From positions 1,664,001-1,728,000 of the forward strand of contig CAXXJV010000001.1 of NCBI GenBank assembly GCA_963663475.2: a stretch of 64,000 nt of DNA, in the 5' to 3' direction. The translations under genes and the position numbers were made by a program. Source of the DNA: Candidatus Cloacimonadales bacterium. GTDB lineage: Bacteria; Cloacimonadota; Cloacimonadia; Cloacimonadales; JAFGVF01. Position 1 is the first letter of the stretch; the number at the start of each line of letters is the position of its first letter. Below are positions 1 to 10,265 of the stretch, one piece after another. The notes below the pieces were generated by a model, which saw only the letters and a program-made list of their open reading frames with translations, was not told the origin of the DNA and did not search any database.

Positions 1-2
1 TT

Positions 3-1343
3 ATCTGTGGAATTGAGAATAATTCAATAATAGGATTAGAAGCAGCTAATTCTATTAGAAACAAATTAGAGGTGCAACTTTCAAAAAGTATTAAGCCATC
101 ATCTTTGATCTCAATTGATATTCAGAATATTGATGATAAATATCTTCTTATTGTTGAAGTTCCAGGAGGAAAAGATATCCCCTATTCTTTTAATAATAAT
201 ATCTATGTAAGAGAAAGATCATCAACCAAAAGAGCAGATATCGAAGTTATTACTGATATGGTTATGAGAAAACAAATTGAACCTGAAAGATGGGAACGAA
301 GATTCTCAACACTTGAAAATTTAGAAATTTTATCAAGAAAAGAGTTGTTTAAACTATTTAATTCCAATAAATTCGTTCGTGATATCGGCAAATCAGATAA
401 TATTTTAGATAATCTCCAAAAAGTATCATTAGCCAAGTACGGAAGACTTACAAATGCTGCAGATATTCTATTTAGCAAAAATCCAGGAGAAAGGCATCCT
501 CAAGCTAGAGTTAGAGCTGTTTGTTATACCAGAAAACAAGATAATGAGTATCAAGATTTTCAACAATTAGATGGACCTTTAACCGTTGTTTTGGAAAAAC
601 TAATTCTTTTTATTGAGAGAAATACTCCCACTAAAGCTCATTTTTCCAATAACAAGGCAATTCGAGATGATATTCCCTTATTACCACGTGACGCAATTAG
701 AGAAGGGTTAGTTAATGCCTTTGCTCATCGTGACTATGCAGATTTTACAGGAGGAATAAAAGTTGAGGTTGCTCCTGATAAAGTTGTTATCTGGAATTCA
801 GGTAGTTTCCCTGATGGAATAGATACAAAAAAATTAGAGAAAGGTAATATCTCAATTTTACGAAATCCTGATATTGCTCATATTTTATATATGCTTGGAT
901 ATATGGAAAAACTTGGTAGAGGAAGTATTTTAATTCGTAAATCATGCTCAAAGGCTGGATTACCAAAACCTGAATGGATTTCTGATAGTAAGACTGGAGT
1001 AACTCTTACTTTTTTCATCAGGCAAGATAGCGGGCAAGATAGCGGGCATGATAGCGGTCATGATAGCGGTCATGATAGCGGTCATGATATAGATGAAATA
1101 GTTAGTCTAATTACACAATATGTTCGGATTTTAATAATTAGTATTAATGGGGAGATGGCGAGACATGAACTTCAAGATAAAGTGAACATAAAGCACAGAG
1201 ATACTTTTTTTAAAAATTATCTCAAACCTGCACTCGAAAAAGGGCTAGTTGAAAGAACAATCCCTGATAAACCAAGAAGTAAAAATCAAAGATACAGATT
1301 GACAAAACTTGGCTTGAAATTACAAGAAAGGATAACTAAATGA
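3..1343 (+). CDS. Schlafen/AlbA_2 + HATPase_c_4 (RecG C-terminal-like) + winged-helix DNA-binding protein, 5'-truncated by the window edge
   Basis: Frame is open from position 3 (ICGIENN...) into the listed ORF; motifs REGLVNAFAHRDY, RNPDIA, EKLGRG and C-terminal TIPDKPRSKNQRYRLT; stop overlaps the hsdM ATG (ATGA). Confidence 0.85.
   Translation: MCGIENNSIIGLEAANSIRNKLEVQLSKSIKPSSLISIDIQNIDDKYLLIVEVPGGKDIPYSFNNNIYVRERSSTKRADIEVITDMVMRKQIEPERWERRFSTLENLEILSRKELFKLFNSNKFVRDIGKSDNILDNLQKVSLAKYGRLTNAADILFSKNPGERHPQARVRAVCYTRKQDNEYQDFQQLDGPLTVVLEKLILFIERNTPTKAHFSNNKAIRDDIPLLPRDAIREGLVNAFAHRDYADFTGGIKVEVAPDKVVIWNSGSFPDGIDTKKLEKGNISILRNPDIAHILYMLGYMEKLGRGSILIRKSCSKAGLPKPEWISDSKTGVTLTFFIRQDSGQDSGHDSGHDSGHDSGHDIDEIVSLITQYVRILIISINGEMARHELQDKVNIKHRDTFFKNYLKPALEKGLVERTIPDKPRSKNQRYRLTKLGLKLQERITK
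1023..1088 (+). repeat. In-frame 12-bp tandem repeat (about 5.5 copies) encoding (Q/H)DSG linker
   Basis: CAAGATAGCGGG x2, then CATGATAGCGGT x3 and a partial copy. Confidence 0.95.
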
Positions 1344-2818
1344 CCCAAAGAGATTTAGAAAAGTACCTCTGGGGAGCTGCAACCTCCCTCAGGGGTACCA
1401 TAGATGCAGGTGATTATAAACAATATATTTTCCCTCTCCTTTTCTTCAAGAGGCTTTGTGATATTTTCGATGAAGAACTTGAATCTGCTATGGAAGAGAG
1501 TGGTGGAGATCTAGAGTTTGCTGAATTTGCTGAGAATCACCGATTTCAAGTACCCAAAGGATCTCATTGGAATGATGTTAGAGAAGTTACAGTAAATGTA
1601 GGTACTGCTCTGCAGAATGCCATGCGTGAGATTGAAAAAGCAAATCCAGAAACACTCTATGGTATTTTTGGTGATGCATCTTGGTCAAACAAAAACCGTC
1701 TTTCAGATGAAACATTAATTAATCTAATTGAACACTTCTCCAAACATAAACTTAGCTCAAGCAATGTTCCTGATGATCAATTGGGAAATGCTTATGAATA
1801 CCTGATTAAAGAGTTTGCTGATGATAGTGGCCATACAGCTGCCGAATTTTATACTAATCGGACTGTGGTTAAGCTTATGACTATGATTATGGATCCTCAG
1901 CCTGGGGAATCTGTCTATGACCCAACTTGTGGTTCAGGTGGACTCTTACTTAATTGTGCTCTTCATCTAAAGGAAGAGGGAAAAGAGTATCGGACACTAA
2001 AGCTTTATGGACAAGAGATAAACCTGATAACCTCTGCTATAGCCAGAATGAATATGTTTATGCATGGGATTGAAGAGTTTTCTATTGTTCGTGGTGATAC
2101 TTTAGCAAGTCCAGCCTTTATTGAAAATGACCAACTAAAAAAGTTTAATGTGATTCTGGCAAATCCTCCCTACTCAATTAAAGCATGGGATAGAAAAAGT
2201 TTTGAGAATGACCCTTACGGTAGGAATATATGGGGAACTCCTCCTCAAGGCTGTGCTGATTATGCTTTTGAGCAACATATACATAAAAGCATGTGTAAAA
2301 AAAATGGAAGATGTGTTCAGTTGTGGCCTCATGGTATCCTTTTTCGTGACAATGAAAAGAAAATGAGAAAACAAATGATTGAAACTGACACAATTGAGTG
2401 TGTTATAGCTCTTGGAAAAAATCTCTTCTATAATTCTTCTATGGAGGCTGCACTTTTGATTCGGAGAATAAATAAAGATAAAAGAAAAAAGGGAAAAATT
2501 CTTTTTATTAATGCTTTTGAGGAAATAAAAGATGAAAAAACAATCTCTTACTTACTTGATGAACACATTGAAAAAATATTCAGAGCTTATAAAAAATATG
2601 AAAATATTGATGGTTTTGCCAAAATTGTAGATATCGAAACAATTATGAAAAATGATGGGGCTCTTCTTGTCACAAATTACGTAAAATCGTCTCGTATTAA
2701 AGAAAGTGTCCAGTTATCTGTAGAGGAGTCTTTTGCTAATTGGAAAATAAGCACTGAAAATTTGACAAAAAGTATTAATAAATTACTTAGTACATTGGAA
2801 AACAATTATGAAGTTTAA
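1340..2818 (+). CDS. hsdM: Type I restriction-modification methyltransferase subunit
   Basis: N-terminal LWGAATSLRG/YIFPLLFFKRL, EFYT, motif I YDPTCGSGG, motif IV NPPY. Confidence 0.95.
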   Translation: MTQRDLEKYLWGAATSLRGTIDAGDYKQYIFPLLFFKRLCDIFDEELESAMEESGGDLEFAEFAENHRFQVPKGSHWNDVREVTVNVGTALQNAMREIEKANPETLYGIFGDASWSNKNRLSDETLINLIEHFSKHKLSSSNVPDDQLGNAYEYLIKEFADDSGHTAAEFYTNRTVVKLMTMIMDPQPGESVYDPTCGSGGLLLNCALHLKEEGKEYRTLKLYGQEINLITSAIARMNMFMHGIEEFSIVRGDTLASPAFIENDQLKKFNVILANPPYSIKAWDRKSFENDPYGRNIWGTPPQGCADYAFEQHIHKSMCKKNGRCVQLWPHGILFRDNEKKMRKQMIETDTIECVIALGKNLFYNSSMEAALLIRRINKDKRKKGKILFINAFEEIKDEKTISYLLDEHIEKIFRAYKKYENIDGFAKIVDIETIMKNDGALLVTNYVKSSRIKESVQLSVEESFANWKISTENLTKSINKLLSTLENNYEV

Positions 2819-3989
2819 AATTGATAGAAGAGATTGGAAGAAAGTAAGCCTAAGTGATGTGGTCGTAAAGAAGGAAGAGAATAATAAAGACTATGCCAGA
2901 AATATGTTTGATCGATTTTTAAAGGTTGATCACATGGATGCAGAATCTCTTCATATTAAAAGATGGTCAAGCCAGAAAGCTGGTGATGAACTAAATCCAA
3001 CATTTTATAAAGTTTTTAGAAAAGGGCAAATACTTTATCCTACACGTAATCCTCATTTAAAAAGGGCAGTTTTAGCTACTTTTGATGGTATTTGTGGAGA
3101 GAAAACACTTACATTAGCACCGAATTATGATAAAATTATACCTGAATTTATACCTTTTTTGTTTCATAGTGAGAATTTCTATAAACATACAATCTCAGCG
3201 ATAATTGGCTCAACTAATCCGCATGTTAGATGGAGAGATGTTGCTAGTTTCCAGTTCCTCCTACCCCCAAAAGACCAACAAAAGAAAATAGCTGAATTGC
3301 TTTGGGCAATGGATGAGGTGATAGAGAAAGATAATGATATTTTGGAAAGTTCAAGAAAATCTTTACAAGTTTTCATAGAAGAATTTGTCCCAAGAAAGTG
3401 TGAAGATTATTGGAGACTAGGTGATATTATATCTACCAGAAAAGGAGTGACATATAAAAGTACTGACTATTCTAACAGTGGAAAAGGAATACCACTATTA
3501 AATCTGAAGTCAATAGAGCGAGGGGGTGGTTTTAATAAAAATGGTCTTAAATACTTCAAAGGTGAATATAATGAGTCTCATTTAGCTAAAAATGATGATT
3601 TAATAGTTGCTTGTACAGATCTTACAAGGGCTGGAAATGTGGTTGGATATCCATTACATCCCAGTGTTTACCAAAACAAGAAAATGCTGCTAACAATGGA
3701 TTTGATAGCAATTGAAATAAAAAATCATGAATTACTTAGAGATTATCTTTACTATGTTCTAAAATCTCAATGGATACATTGGAAGTTATTTGCTAATTCC
3801 CCAGGAACTACTGTTCTTCATCTTGATTTGAAAGGAATGTTGAATTTAAAAATTCCTAAATTTTCAACTGAAGTTCAGAATAATAGAGTAAAAAAACTCA
3901 AAAACATCGATAAAAATATCCTTATTATTGAAGATAAAATATACTCTTCAAAATCATTACAAAAATCACTAATCAACCAGATATTCTAA
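2808..3989 (+). CDS. hsdS: Type I R-M specificity subunit
   Basis: Two TRDs separated by conserved LPPKDQQKKIA helix; overlaps hsdM end. Confidence 0.93.
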   Translation: MKFKIDRRDWKKVSLSDVVVKKEENNKDYARNMFDRFLKVDHMDAESLHIKRWSSQKAGDELNPTFYKVFRKGQILYPTRNPHLKRAVLATFDGICGEKTLTLAPNYDKIIPEFIPFLFHSENFYKHTISAIIGSTNPHVRWRDVASFQFLLPPKDQQKKIAELLWAMDEVIEKDNDILESSRKSLQVFIEEFVPRKCEDYWRLGDIISTRKGVTYKSTDYSNSGKGIPLLNLKSIERGGGFNKNGLKYFKGEYNESHLAKNDDLIVACTDLTRAGNVVGYPLHPSVYQNKKMLLTMDLIAIEIKNHELLRDYLYYVLKSQWIHWKLFANSPGTTVLHLDLKGMLNLKIPKFSTEVQNNRVKKLKNIDKNILIIEDKIYSSKSLQKSLINQIF

Positions 3990-3991
3990 CT

Positions 3992-4954
3992 ATGAAAGAC
4001 TACTACTATCCTGACTCAAGATGGAAAAATTATAATATAACATCTAAGGAAGAATTCGTTAAACATTATGTTATAAAAGGAAAGTTTCATAAAGATGTTC
4101 CAAAAGATATTGTGGATGCTTACACTACAATTGAATATTTATTAGCACATTCATATTACTGGTGGCCAATGTATGACGAAGCTTTCCTTAAGGTTTTAAT
4201 GCTTTTAGAAACAGCTGTAAAAATCCGAGCTAAATCATTAGGGATTAGTCTAAAAATAACGAATAATAAGAGTAAAGAATTTAATAAAAAATTGTCTAAA
4301 CTAATAGATGAAGTCTGTATTATACTAGATTCAGATATTTTAAAATCTCAGTTACATAGAGCCAGAAAAATTAGAAATCCTAGCATTCATAAAGATTCAA
4401 ATAGTTATATGGGAGCAATGGGAGGACTAAAAGATAACCTCTATTTATTTGTAAATCTGATTAATTATCTATTTCTAACGAAAAAGCAAATAATAACAAG
4501 TGAAAGCCAACAAGACAAGATAAAAGAATTTTTAAATAAATTAGCCCAACCTCTGGCAATTCTTGAAATAGAGCAAAGCAGAATTCTTATTAAAGGATTT
4601 TCGATAGTTAATTATTTTAAATTCAATACTGAGTTATTGTTGATATCATGCATTCCAGTTATAAATGATTTATATGAAACCCTTAATAATGGTAGTCTTC
4701 CTGACCCAATACTTGTGGTATCTAAGAGTTTTCAGTTGGGGGATGGATCAATCAGCGGTAGAACTCTTGAAGGACAAAAATTTATGATAATCCAGACTTT
4801 AGATCAAAGAAACCTTGATAAATTAAAACTAGACCAAGATGACTATAAGAAATTAGATCATATATTAAAGAGTCACTATGATTATAATAACAGAGTTCAA
4901 CATGGTTGGGAGATACAACGAATTATATACGAGCAAGTTTGGGAGGGAAATTAA
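3992..4954 (+). CDS. Hypothetical protein with HEPN-like RxxxxH motif inside the R-M operon
   Basis: Helical N-terminal half with LLETAVK and RKIRNPSIH; 2-nt gaps to hsdS and hsdR. Confidence 0.6.
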   Translation: MKDYYYPDSRWKNYNITSKEEFVKHYVIKGKFHKDVPKDIVDAYTTIEYLLAHSYYWWPMYDEAFLKVLMLLETAVKIRAKSLGISLKITNNKSKEFNKKLSKLIDEVCIILDSDILKSQLHRARKIRNPSIHKDSNSYMGAMGGLKDNLYLFVNLINYLFLTKKQIITSESQQDKIKEFLNKLAQPLAILEIEQSRILIKGFSIVNYFKFNTELLLISCIPVINDLYETLNNGSLPDPILVVSKSFQLGDGSISGRTLEGQKFMIIQTLDQRNLDKLKLDQDDYKKLDHILKSHYDYNNRVQHGWEIQRIIYEQVWEGN

Positions 4955-4956
4955 TT

Positions 4957-7929
4957 ATGACATTCACAGAATTAAACAGTGTAGAACATTACATAATTCA
5001 TAAATTAAGTGGTAAAAACTTAAATAAGGCTGATAAACAAGCTTATGAAGGGGAAACACCATATAACACTAAATGGCAATACATATCTTCTGAAAACTTG
5101 AACAGAGGTATTAACGAAGTTCTTGTTGAAAGTGATTTGATAGAAGCTTTGGTTAGACTTAACCCCGAAATAAGTGCTAGACCAGAATTTGCTGATGAAG
5201 TAATTTATAAACTAAGAGCTATTTTAATTTCTGTTAATCAAGTTGGCTTAGTTAAAGCAAACGAAGAGTTTTTCAAATGGTTAACGAATGAAAAGACTAT
5301 GCCTTTTGGCAAGAACAGTCATCATGTACCTGTCAAATTAATAGATTTTGAGAATTTAGCTAACAATAAATATATCGTAACTAATCAGTTTAGAATCAGG
5401 CATAGAGAGACAAAAATCCCTGATGTTGTGTTTATGATAAATGGAATTCCGCTGGTAGTAGGAGAAGCTAAAACGCCAATTAGACCTTCCGTCAGCTGGC
5501 TTGATGGTGCTCATGAAATCCATGATATCTATGAAAATGCTGTCCCCGCTCTCTTTGTCCCTAATGTTTTATCTTTTGCTACCGAGGGAAAGGAGCTCTT
5601 TTATGGACCTGTTCGTTGCCCTTTAGAATTCTGGTCTCCCTGGAGAACTCAAGATAAAAGTCATGATTTAGCTAAGGCCTTAGGACTTGCCGAGATTGGA
5701 CTAGAGTTGTCAAATCTACTTAATCCCAGATGCTTATTAGATATTCTACAATACTTTTCTCTCTATTCAACAAATAAGAAAAAACAAAGGATGAAGATAA
5801 TTTGTCGTTATCAACAGTATGAGGGTGCTAATAGGATAGTAGAGCGAGTTAAAGAAGGTATTATAAAAAAGGGCTTAATCTGGCATTTCCAAGGATCAGG
5901 CAAATCACTGCTTATGGTCTTTGCTGCCCAGAAACTTCGTAAATCAGCTCAACTGAAAAGTCCAACAGTTATTGTCCTAGTAGACAGAACAGATCTCGAT
6001 ACCCAAATAACGGGCACTTTTAATGCTACCGACATTCCTAATGTGGAGACAACAGACAGTATTAGAAAACTTCAAACTCTTTTGGAAAGAGATACTCGTA
6101 AGATAATAATATCTATGATTCATAAATTTAAAGATGTAAAACCAAACATGAATACTCGTCAGAATATAATAGTTTTGGTTGATGAAGCTCATCGAACCCA
6201 AGAGGGTGATTTAGGTCGTCAAATGAGAGCTGCTTTGCCTAATGCTTTTCTCTTTGGACTTACTGGTACACCTGTAAATAAAGCTGATAAAAACACTTTT
6301 TGGGCTTTTGGTGCTGAGGAAGATGATGGTGGTTATATGTCCCGATATACCTTCCAAGATTCAATCAGGGATGGAGCAACCCTACCTTTGCATTTTGAAC
6401 CTCGTTTGATAGATGTTCATGTTGATAAAGAGTCTATAGATAAGGCTTTTGCAGAGTTCAAAGAGACCTCAGCCTTATCAGATGAAGAAGCTGATGAACT
6501 TAATAAGAAATCAGCTAAAATGTCAGTTTTTCTTAAAGCACCTGACCGAGTGGCAAGGATAATTAAAGATATTGCTAAACACTTTAAAGAAAAGGTTGAA
6601 CCTCATGGATTAAAAGCCATGATTGTTACCATAGATAGACATGCTTGTGTCCAGTATAAAGAGGAGTTGAACAAATATTTCCCTGATGAAGCAAGTTCTG
6701 TTGTTATCTCTACTTCAGCAAATGATGATTTAGATTTTAAACAAAAATGGGCAATAACCAAGAGTCAACAAGAAAACATTACTGATTCTTTTAATGATGT
6801 AAGTTCTCCGCTTAAGTTTCTTATTGTTACTTCTAAACTTCTTACTGGTTTTGATGCTCCTATCCTGCAAACAATGTATCTTGATAGAACCTTGAAAGAC
6901 CATACTCTCCTACAGGCTATTTGTCGAACCAACCGACTCTTTCCTCAAAAGAACTTTGGCCATATAGTTGATTATTTTGGTGTTTTTGATAATACTGCTA
7001 AAGCTCTACAGTTTGATGAAGCAAGTATTAAAAAAGTAATTAGCAATCTTTCAGTTCTTAAAGCTAAATTACCTGAAGCTATAAAGACTACACTCTCCCA
7101 TTTCGCTGGAGTAGATAGAAGTATTGATGGTTTTGAAGGTTTAGAAGCTGCCCAAAATGCTATTAATAATAATGAGAAAAAAGATGCCTTTGCTGAAGAT
7201 TATAAATATCTGAACAAACTTTGGGAGTCATTATCTCCAGATGAAATACTTAATTTCTATAATGATGATTATCGCTGGTTATCACAGGTCTATGAATCTG
7301 TTAAACCAGCATCTAATAATATTGGCAAACTTCTTTGGTTCTCCTTAGGAGCTCAGACAACTAAATTAATCCATGAAAATATTCATGTAGGTCATGTGCA
7401 CCAACTTGAAGAGTTTATTCTTGATGCTGATGTTGTTGAGGATATCTTTAATAATCCAGACCCTAAGAAAACCAAAGTATTAGAGAAAGAACTGATTAAA
7501 AGATTTAAGAAACATGCTGGTGATCCTAAATTTAAAAAACTTAGTGAACGCTTAGAGGAATTGCGAAACAAAGCGGAAAAAGGCTTAATTACTTCAATCG
7601 AGTTTGTTAAAGAACTATGTAAAATTGCTAAAGAGACAGTTCAAGCAGAAAAAGAGATGGCTGAGTTTATCCAGGAGAAAACTCCTAAGGCTGCTCTTAC
7701 CGAACTTTTCCTAGAGATTAAAACTGATCAAACTCCAGCGGTCGTAGAACGCATAGTTACTGATATAGATTCAATAGTTAGAGTTGTAAGATTCCCAGGT
7801 TGGCAAAACACTAGCTCTGGAGAGAGAGAAGTTCAAAAATCATTAAGAAAAGCACTTTTGAAGTACAAGTTACATAAAGATCAAGCTCTGTTTGAAAGAG
7901 CGTATGCTTATATTAGGGAGTATTATTAG
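4957..7929 (+). CDS. hsdR: Type I restriction endonuclease subunit R
   Basis: PD..EAK nuclease motif, WHFQGSGKS, DEAH, GLTGTP, LTGFDAP, QAICRTNR; start moved to ATG 4957 behind GGAGGG RBS. Confidence 0.95.
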   Translation: MTFTELNSVEHYIIHKLSGKNLNKADKQAYEGETPYNTKWQYISSENLNRGINEVLVESDLIEALVRLNPEISARPEFADEVIYKLRAILISVNQVGLVKANEEFFKWLTNEKTMPFGKNSHHVPVKLIDFENLANNKYIVTNQFRIRHRETKIPDVVFMINGIPLVVGEAKTPIRPSVSWLDGAHEIHDIYENAVPALFVPNVLSFATEGKELFYGPVRCPLEFWSPWRTQDKSHDLAKALGLAEIGLELSNLLNPRCLLDILQYFSLYSTNKKKQRMKIICRYQQYEGANRIVERVKEGIIKKGLIWHFQGSGKSLLMVFAAQKLRKSAQLKSPTVIVLVDRTDLDTQITGTFNATDIPNVETTDSIRKLQTLLERDTRKIIISMIHKFKDVKPNMNTRQNIIVLVDEAHRTQEGDLGRQMRAALPNAFLFGLTGTPVNKADKNTFWAFGAEEDDGGYMSRYTFQDSIRDGATLPLHFEPRLIDVHVDKESIDKAFAEFKETSALSDEEADELNKKSAKMSVFLKAPDRVARIIKDIAKHFKEKVEPHGLKAMIVTIDRHACVQYKEELNKYFPDEASSVVISTSANDDLDFKQKWAITKSQQENITDSFNDVSSPLKFLIVTSKLLTGFDAPILQTMYLDRTLKDHTLLQAICRTNRLFPQKNFGHIVDYFGVFDNTAKALQFDEASIKKVISNLSVLKAKLPEAIKTTLSHFAGVDRSIDGFEGLEAAQNAINNNEKKDAFAEDYKYLNKLWESLSPDEILNFYNDDYRWLSQVYESVKPASNNIGKLLWFSLGAQTTKLIHENIHVGHVHQLEEFILDADVVEDIFNNPDPKKTKVLEKELIKRFKKHAGDPKFKKLSERLEELRNKAEKGLITSIEFVKELCKIAKETVQAEKEMAEFIQEKTPKAALTELFLEIKTDQTPAVVERIVTDIDSIVRVVRFPGWQNTSSGEREVQKSLRKALLKYKLHKDQALFERAYAYIREYY

Positions 7930-7943
7930 AGAGTATTATTAGA
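7918..7943. repeat. 13-bp tandem duplication spanning the hsdR stop
   Basis: GAGTATTATTAGA twice in tandem. Confidence 0.85.
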
Positions 7944-8059
7944 GAGGTAATTATCGAGATATAAATTAATTTATTAGATGTAAAAATCTTTTCTATACTA
8001 AAGTGGAGAAGTGAATTATGCTAGGGATTTCTGGATTTTGAATAATTAAAGGAGGTGAA

Positions 8060-10234
8060 ATGATTAAAAATATTTCTATAAAAAAAATTGCATCATATAA
8101 AGAATTAGTTGAAATAAACCCAAAAAAAATTAATTATTTTTTTGGAAGTAATGGAACAGGTAAAACTGTCTTTGGTAATATAATATCAGACATATGCAAT
8201 TATCCAACTTGTGAGATAGAATGGGATCATTCTGCAATTCAAATACATATATATAACAAATCATTCGTTGATTCAAACTTCAGACAAAATGATGAGATAA
8301 AAGGTATATTTACATTGGGTAAGGATGCTTCAGAAGCACAAAAGTTCATAGAAGAAAAAAATAGTGAACTTAGTGATCTTAAGAAAAAAACAATTGGGTT
8401 AAAAAAAACTCAGATACAGAAAGAAAAGGAACTAAGTGAACGTAAAGTGACTTTTCAGGAAAAGGCATGGGAATACAAAAAAAAATATGAGAATAATTTT
8501 AGACCTGCTTTCAAGGGCTTCATGGGGAGTAAAACAGATTTCATGGAAAAGTGTTTGATAGAGAACTCAAGACAAACACCTGTAAACTTCTTACCTGAAG
8601 TTGATCTGTTTAAAAAGTGTAATCAAATTTTCAAAGAGAATTATGTAGAATATCCTCCAATTAGTTTTGATTTCGAATTACTAAAAGACAAAGAAAATTC
8701 TGAGATATTAAAGAAAAAGATTGTAGGTAAAGATGATATAGAACTATCCAAGCTTATTAAAAGATTAAACAATAGTGATTGGGTAAAAGAAGGTATTGAT
8801 TATTTAGGACAATCAGAGGGACTTTGTCCTTTCTGCCAACAATTGATAAATATTGATTTAAAAAGAGAAATAGAGTCTTTTTTTGATGATACTTACTCAA
8901 AAAGTATTGCTGAACTGAATACTTATGTAGAAAAATATATTACCTATGTAAGCAGTTTAATAGATAAACTTGAATCAGTAGCTAGTAAGGAACATGAGTT
9001 ATTCGATGTGAAGAACTTAAACACAAAGATACTTTTGTTAAAAGAACAGTTTAAAAATAACTGTAAAATTCTTGAATCGAAAAAGCGATCACCAAGTTCT
9101 TCAGTAAATATTGAGAGTTTAGTAGATACTTTCAATGATATATTACAAATTATTTCTGAATACAATGATATAATTAGAAATAATAATAATATTAAAGCAA
9201 ATTTAGACAAAGAAAAAGAGCAGTTATTATCAGAAATATGGCACTTTTTAACTAGAGAATTATCTATAGAAATCGCATCATTCTTAGATAGTAAAAAAGA
9301 CATCGAAAGTGCCCTTCAAAGTATATCAGAATCATTAAATGAAGGGGATAAGAGAGAAAGAAAACTAAATTATGAATTGGGAAAAAAAGAGTCTGAATTA
9401 ACTAGTGTAAAACACTCAGCAAATGAAATAAATAAAATATTGGCTTTGTTTGGTTTTACTAATTTTAAATTAGCTGAAGCAGATACTACTGGGTTTTATA
9501 AATTACTTCGAGAAGATGGTTCTGAAGCAAAAGAAACATTAAGTGAAGGAGAATATACCTTCTTGACATATTTATACTTTTATCATATGGTCTATGGTAG
9601 TGATTCCGAAACTGGCATTGGAAAAGATAAAGTAATTATAATTGATGATCCGATATCAAGTTTAGATAGTAGTGTTCTATTCATAGTCAGCAATCTTACT
9701 AAAAGACTTGTTCAAGATATCAGAGCTGGTCAGCATGGTTTTGAGCAAATTTTTATTTTATCACACAATGTGTACTTCTTCAAAGAGGTTACTTTTAAAT
9801 GTAAAGGAAATAATAAATTACGAGATGAAGCTTATTGGACGATAAGAAAGTTTTCAACTGGAACAAAAATAATTGAGCATGAAAGTAACCCGATTAAAAC
9901 GTCTTATGAATTATTATGGAGAGAGCTAGACAATACGGAGGATATTAATTCTGCAACGATTTTCAATACACTCAGGCGAATTCTTGAATATTACTTCAAC
10001 ATTTTAGGAGGTTTAGATTATGACGCAGCAATTAATAGTTTTGAGGGTGAGGAATTGATACTCTGCCAATCATTGCTATCATGGATCAACGATGGTTCTC
10101 ACTTTATTAATGATGACTTAGTGGTTGATTCAGAAATTGATAATATTACAAAATATCTGAACGTATTCCAACTTATATTTGAGAAAATGGGCCATATAAG
10201 TCATTATAACATGATGAAAGGAAGTGATAACTAG
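8060..10234 (+). CDS. rloC: RloC-like (AAA_13) Rad50/SMC-type ABC ATPase with C-terminal HEPN anticodon-nuclease-like domain
   Basis: Walker A GSNGTGKT, coiled coil with CPFC zinc hook, signature LSEGE, Walker B/D-loop IIIDDPISSLD, H-loop SHN, C-terminal LRRILEYYF...NDGSH; RBS AAGGAGGT. Confidence 0.8.
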   Translation: MIKNISIKKIASYKELVEINPKKINYFFGSNGTGKTVFGNIISDICNYPTCEIEWDHSAIQIHIYNKSFVDSNFRQNDEIKGIFTLGKDASEAQKFIEEKNSELSDLKKKTIGLKKTQIQKEKELSERKVTFQEKAWEYKKKYENNFRPAFKGFMGSKTDFMEKCLIENSRQTPVNFLPEVDLFKKCNQIFKENYVEYPPISFDFELLKDKENSEILKKKIVGKDDIELSKLIKRLNNSDWVKEGIDYLGQSEGLCPFCQQLINIDLKREIESFFDDTYSKSIAELNTYVEKYITYVSSLIDKLESVASKEHELFDVKNLNTKILLLKEQFKNNCKILESKKRSPSSSVNIESLVDTFNDILQIISEYNDIIRNNNNIKANLDKEKEQLLSEIWHFLTRELSIEIASFLDSKKDIESALQSISESLNEGDKRERKLNYELGKKESELTSVKHSANEINKILALFGFTNFKLAEADTTGFYKLLREDGSEAKETLSEGEYTFLTYLYFYHMVYGSDSETGIGKDKVIIIDDPISSLDSSVLFIVSNLTKRLVQDIRAGQHGFEQIFILSHNVYFFKEVTFKCKGNNKLRDEAYWTIRKFSTGTKIIEHESNPIKTSYELLWRELDNTEDINSATIFNTLRRILEYYFNILGGLDYDAAINSFEGEELILCQSLLSWINDGSHFINDDLVVDSEIDNITKYLNVFQLIFEKMGHISHYNMMKGSDN

Positions 10235-10265
10235 TAGTAAGCTATATTTAACAAAAGGAAGAATA

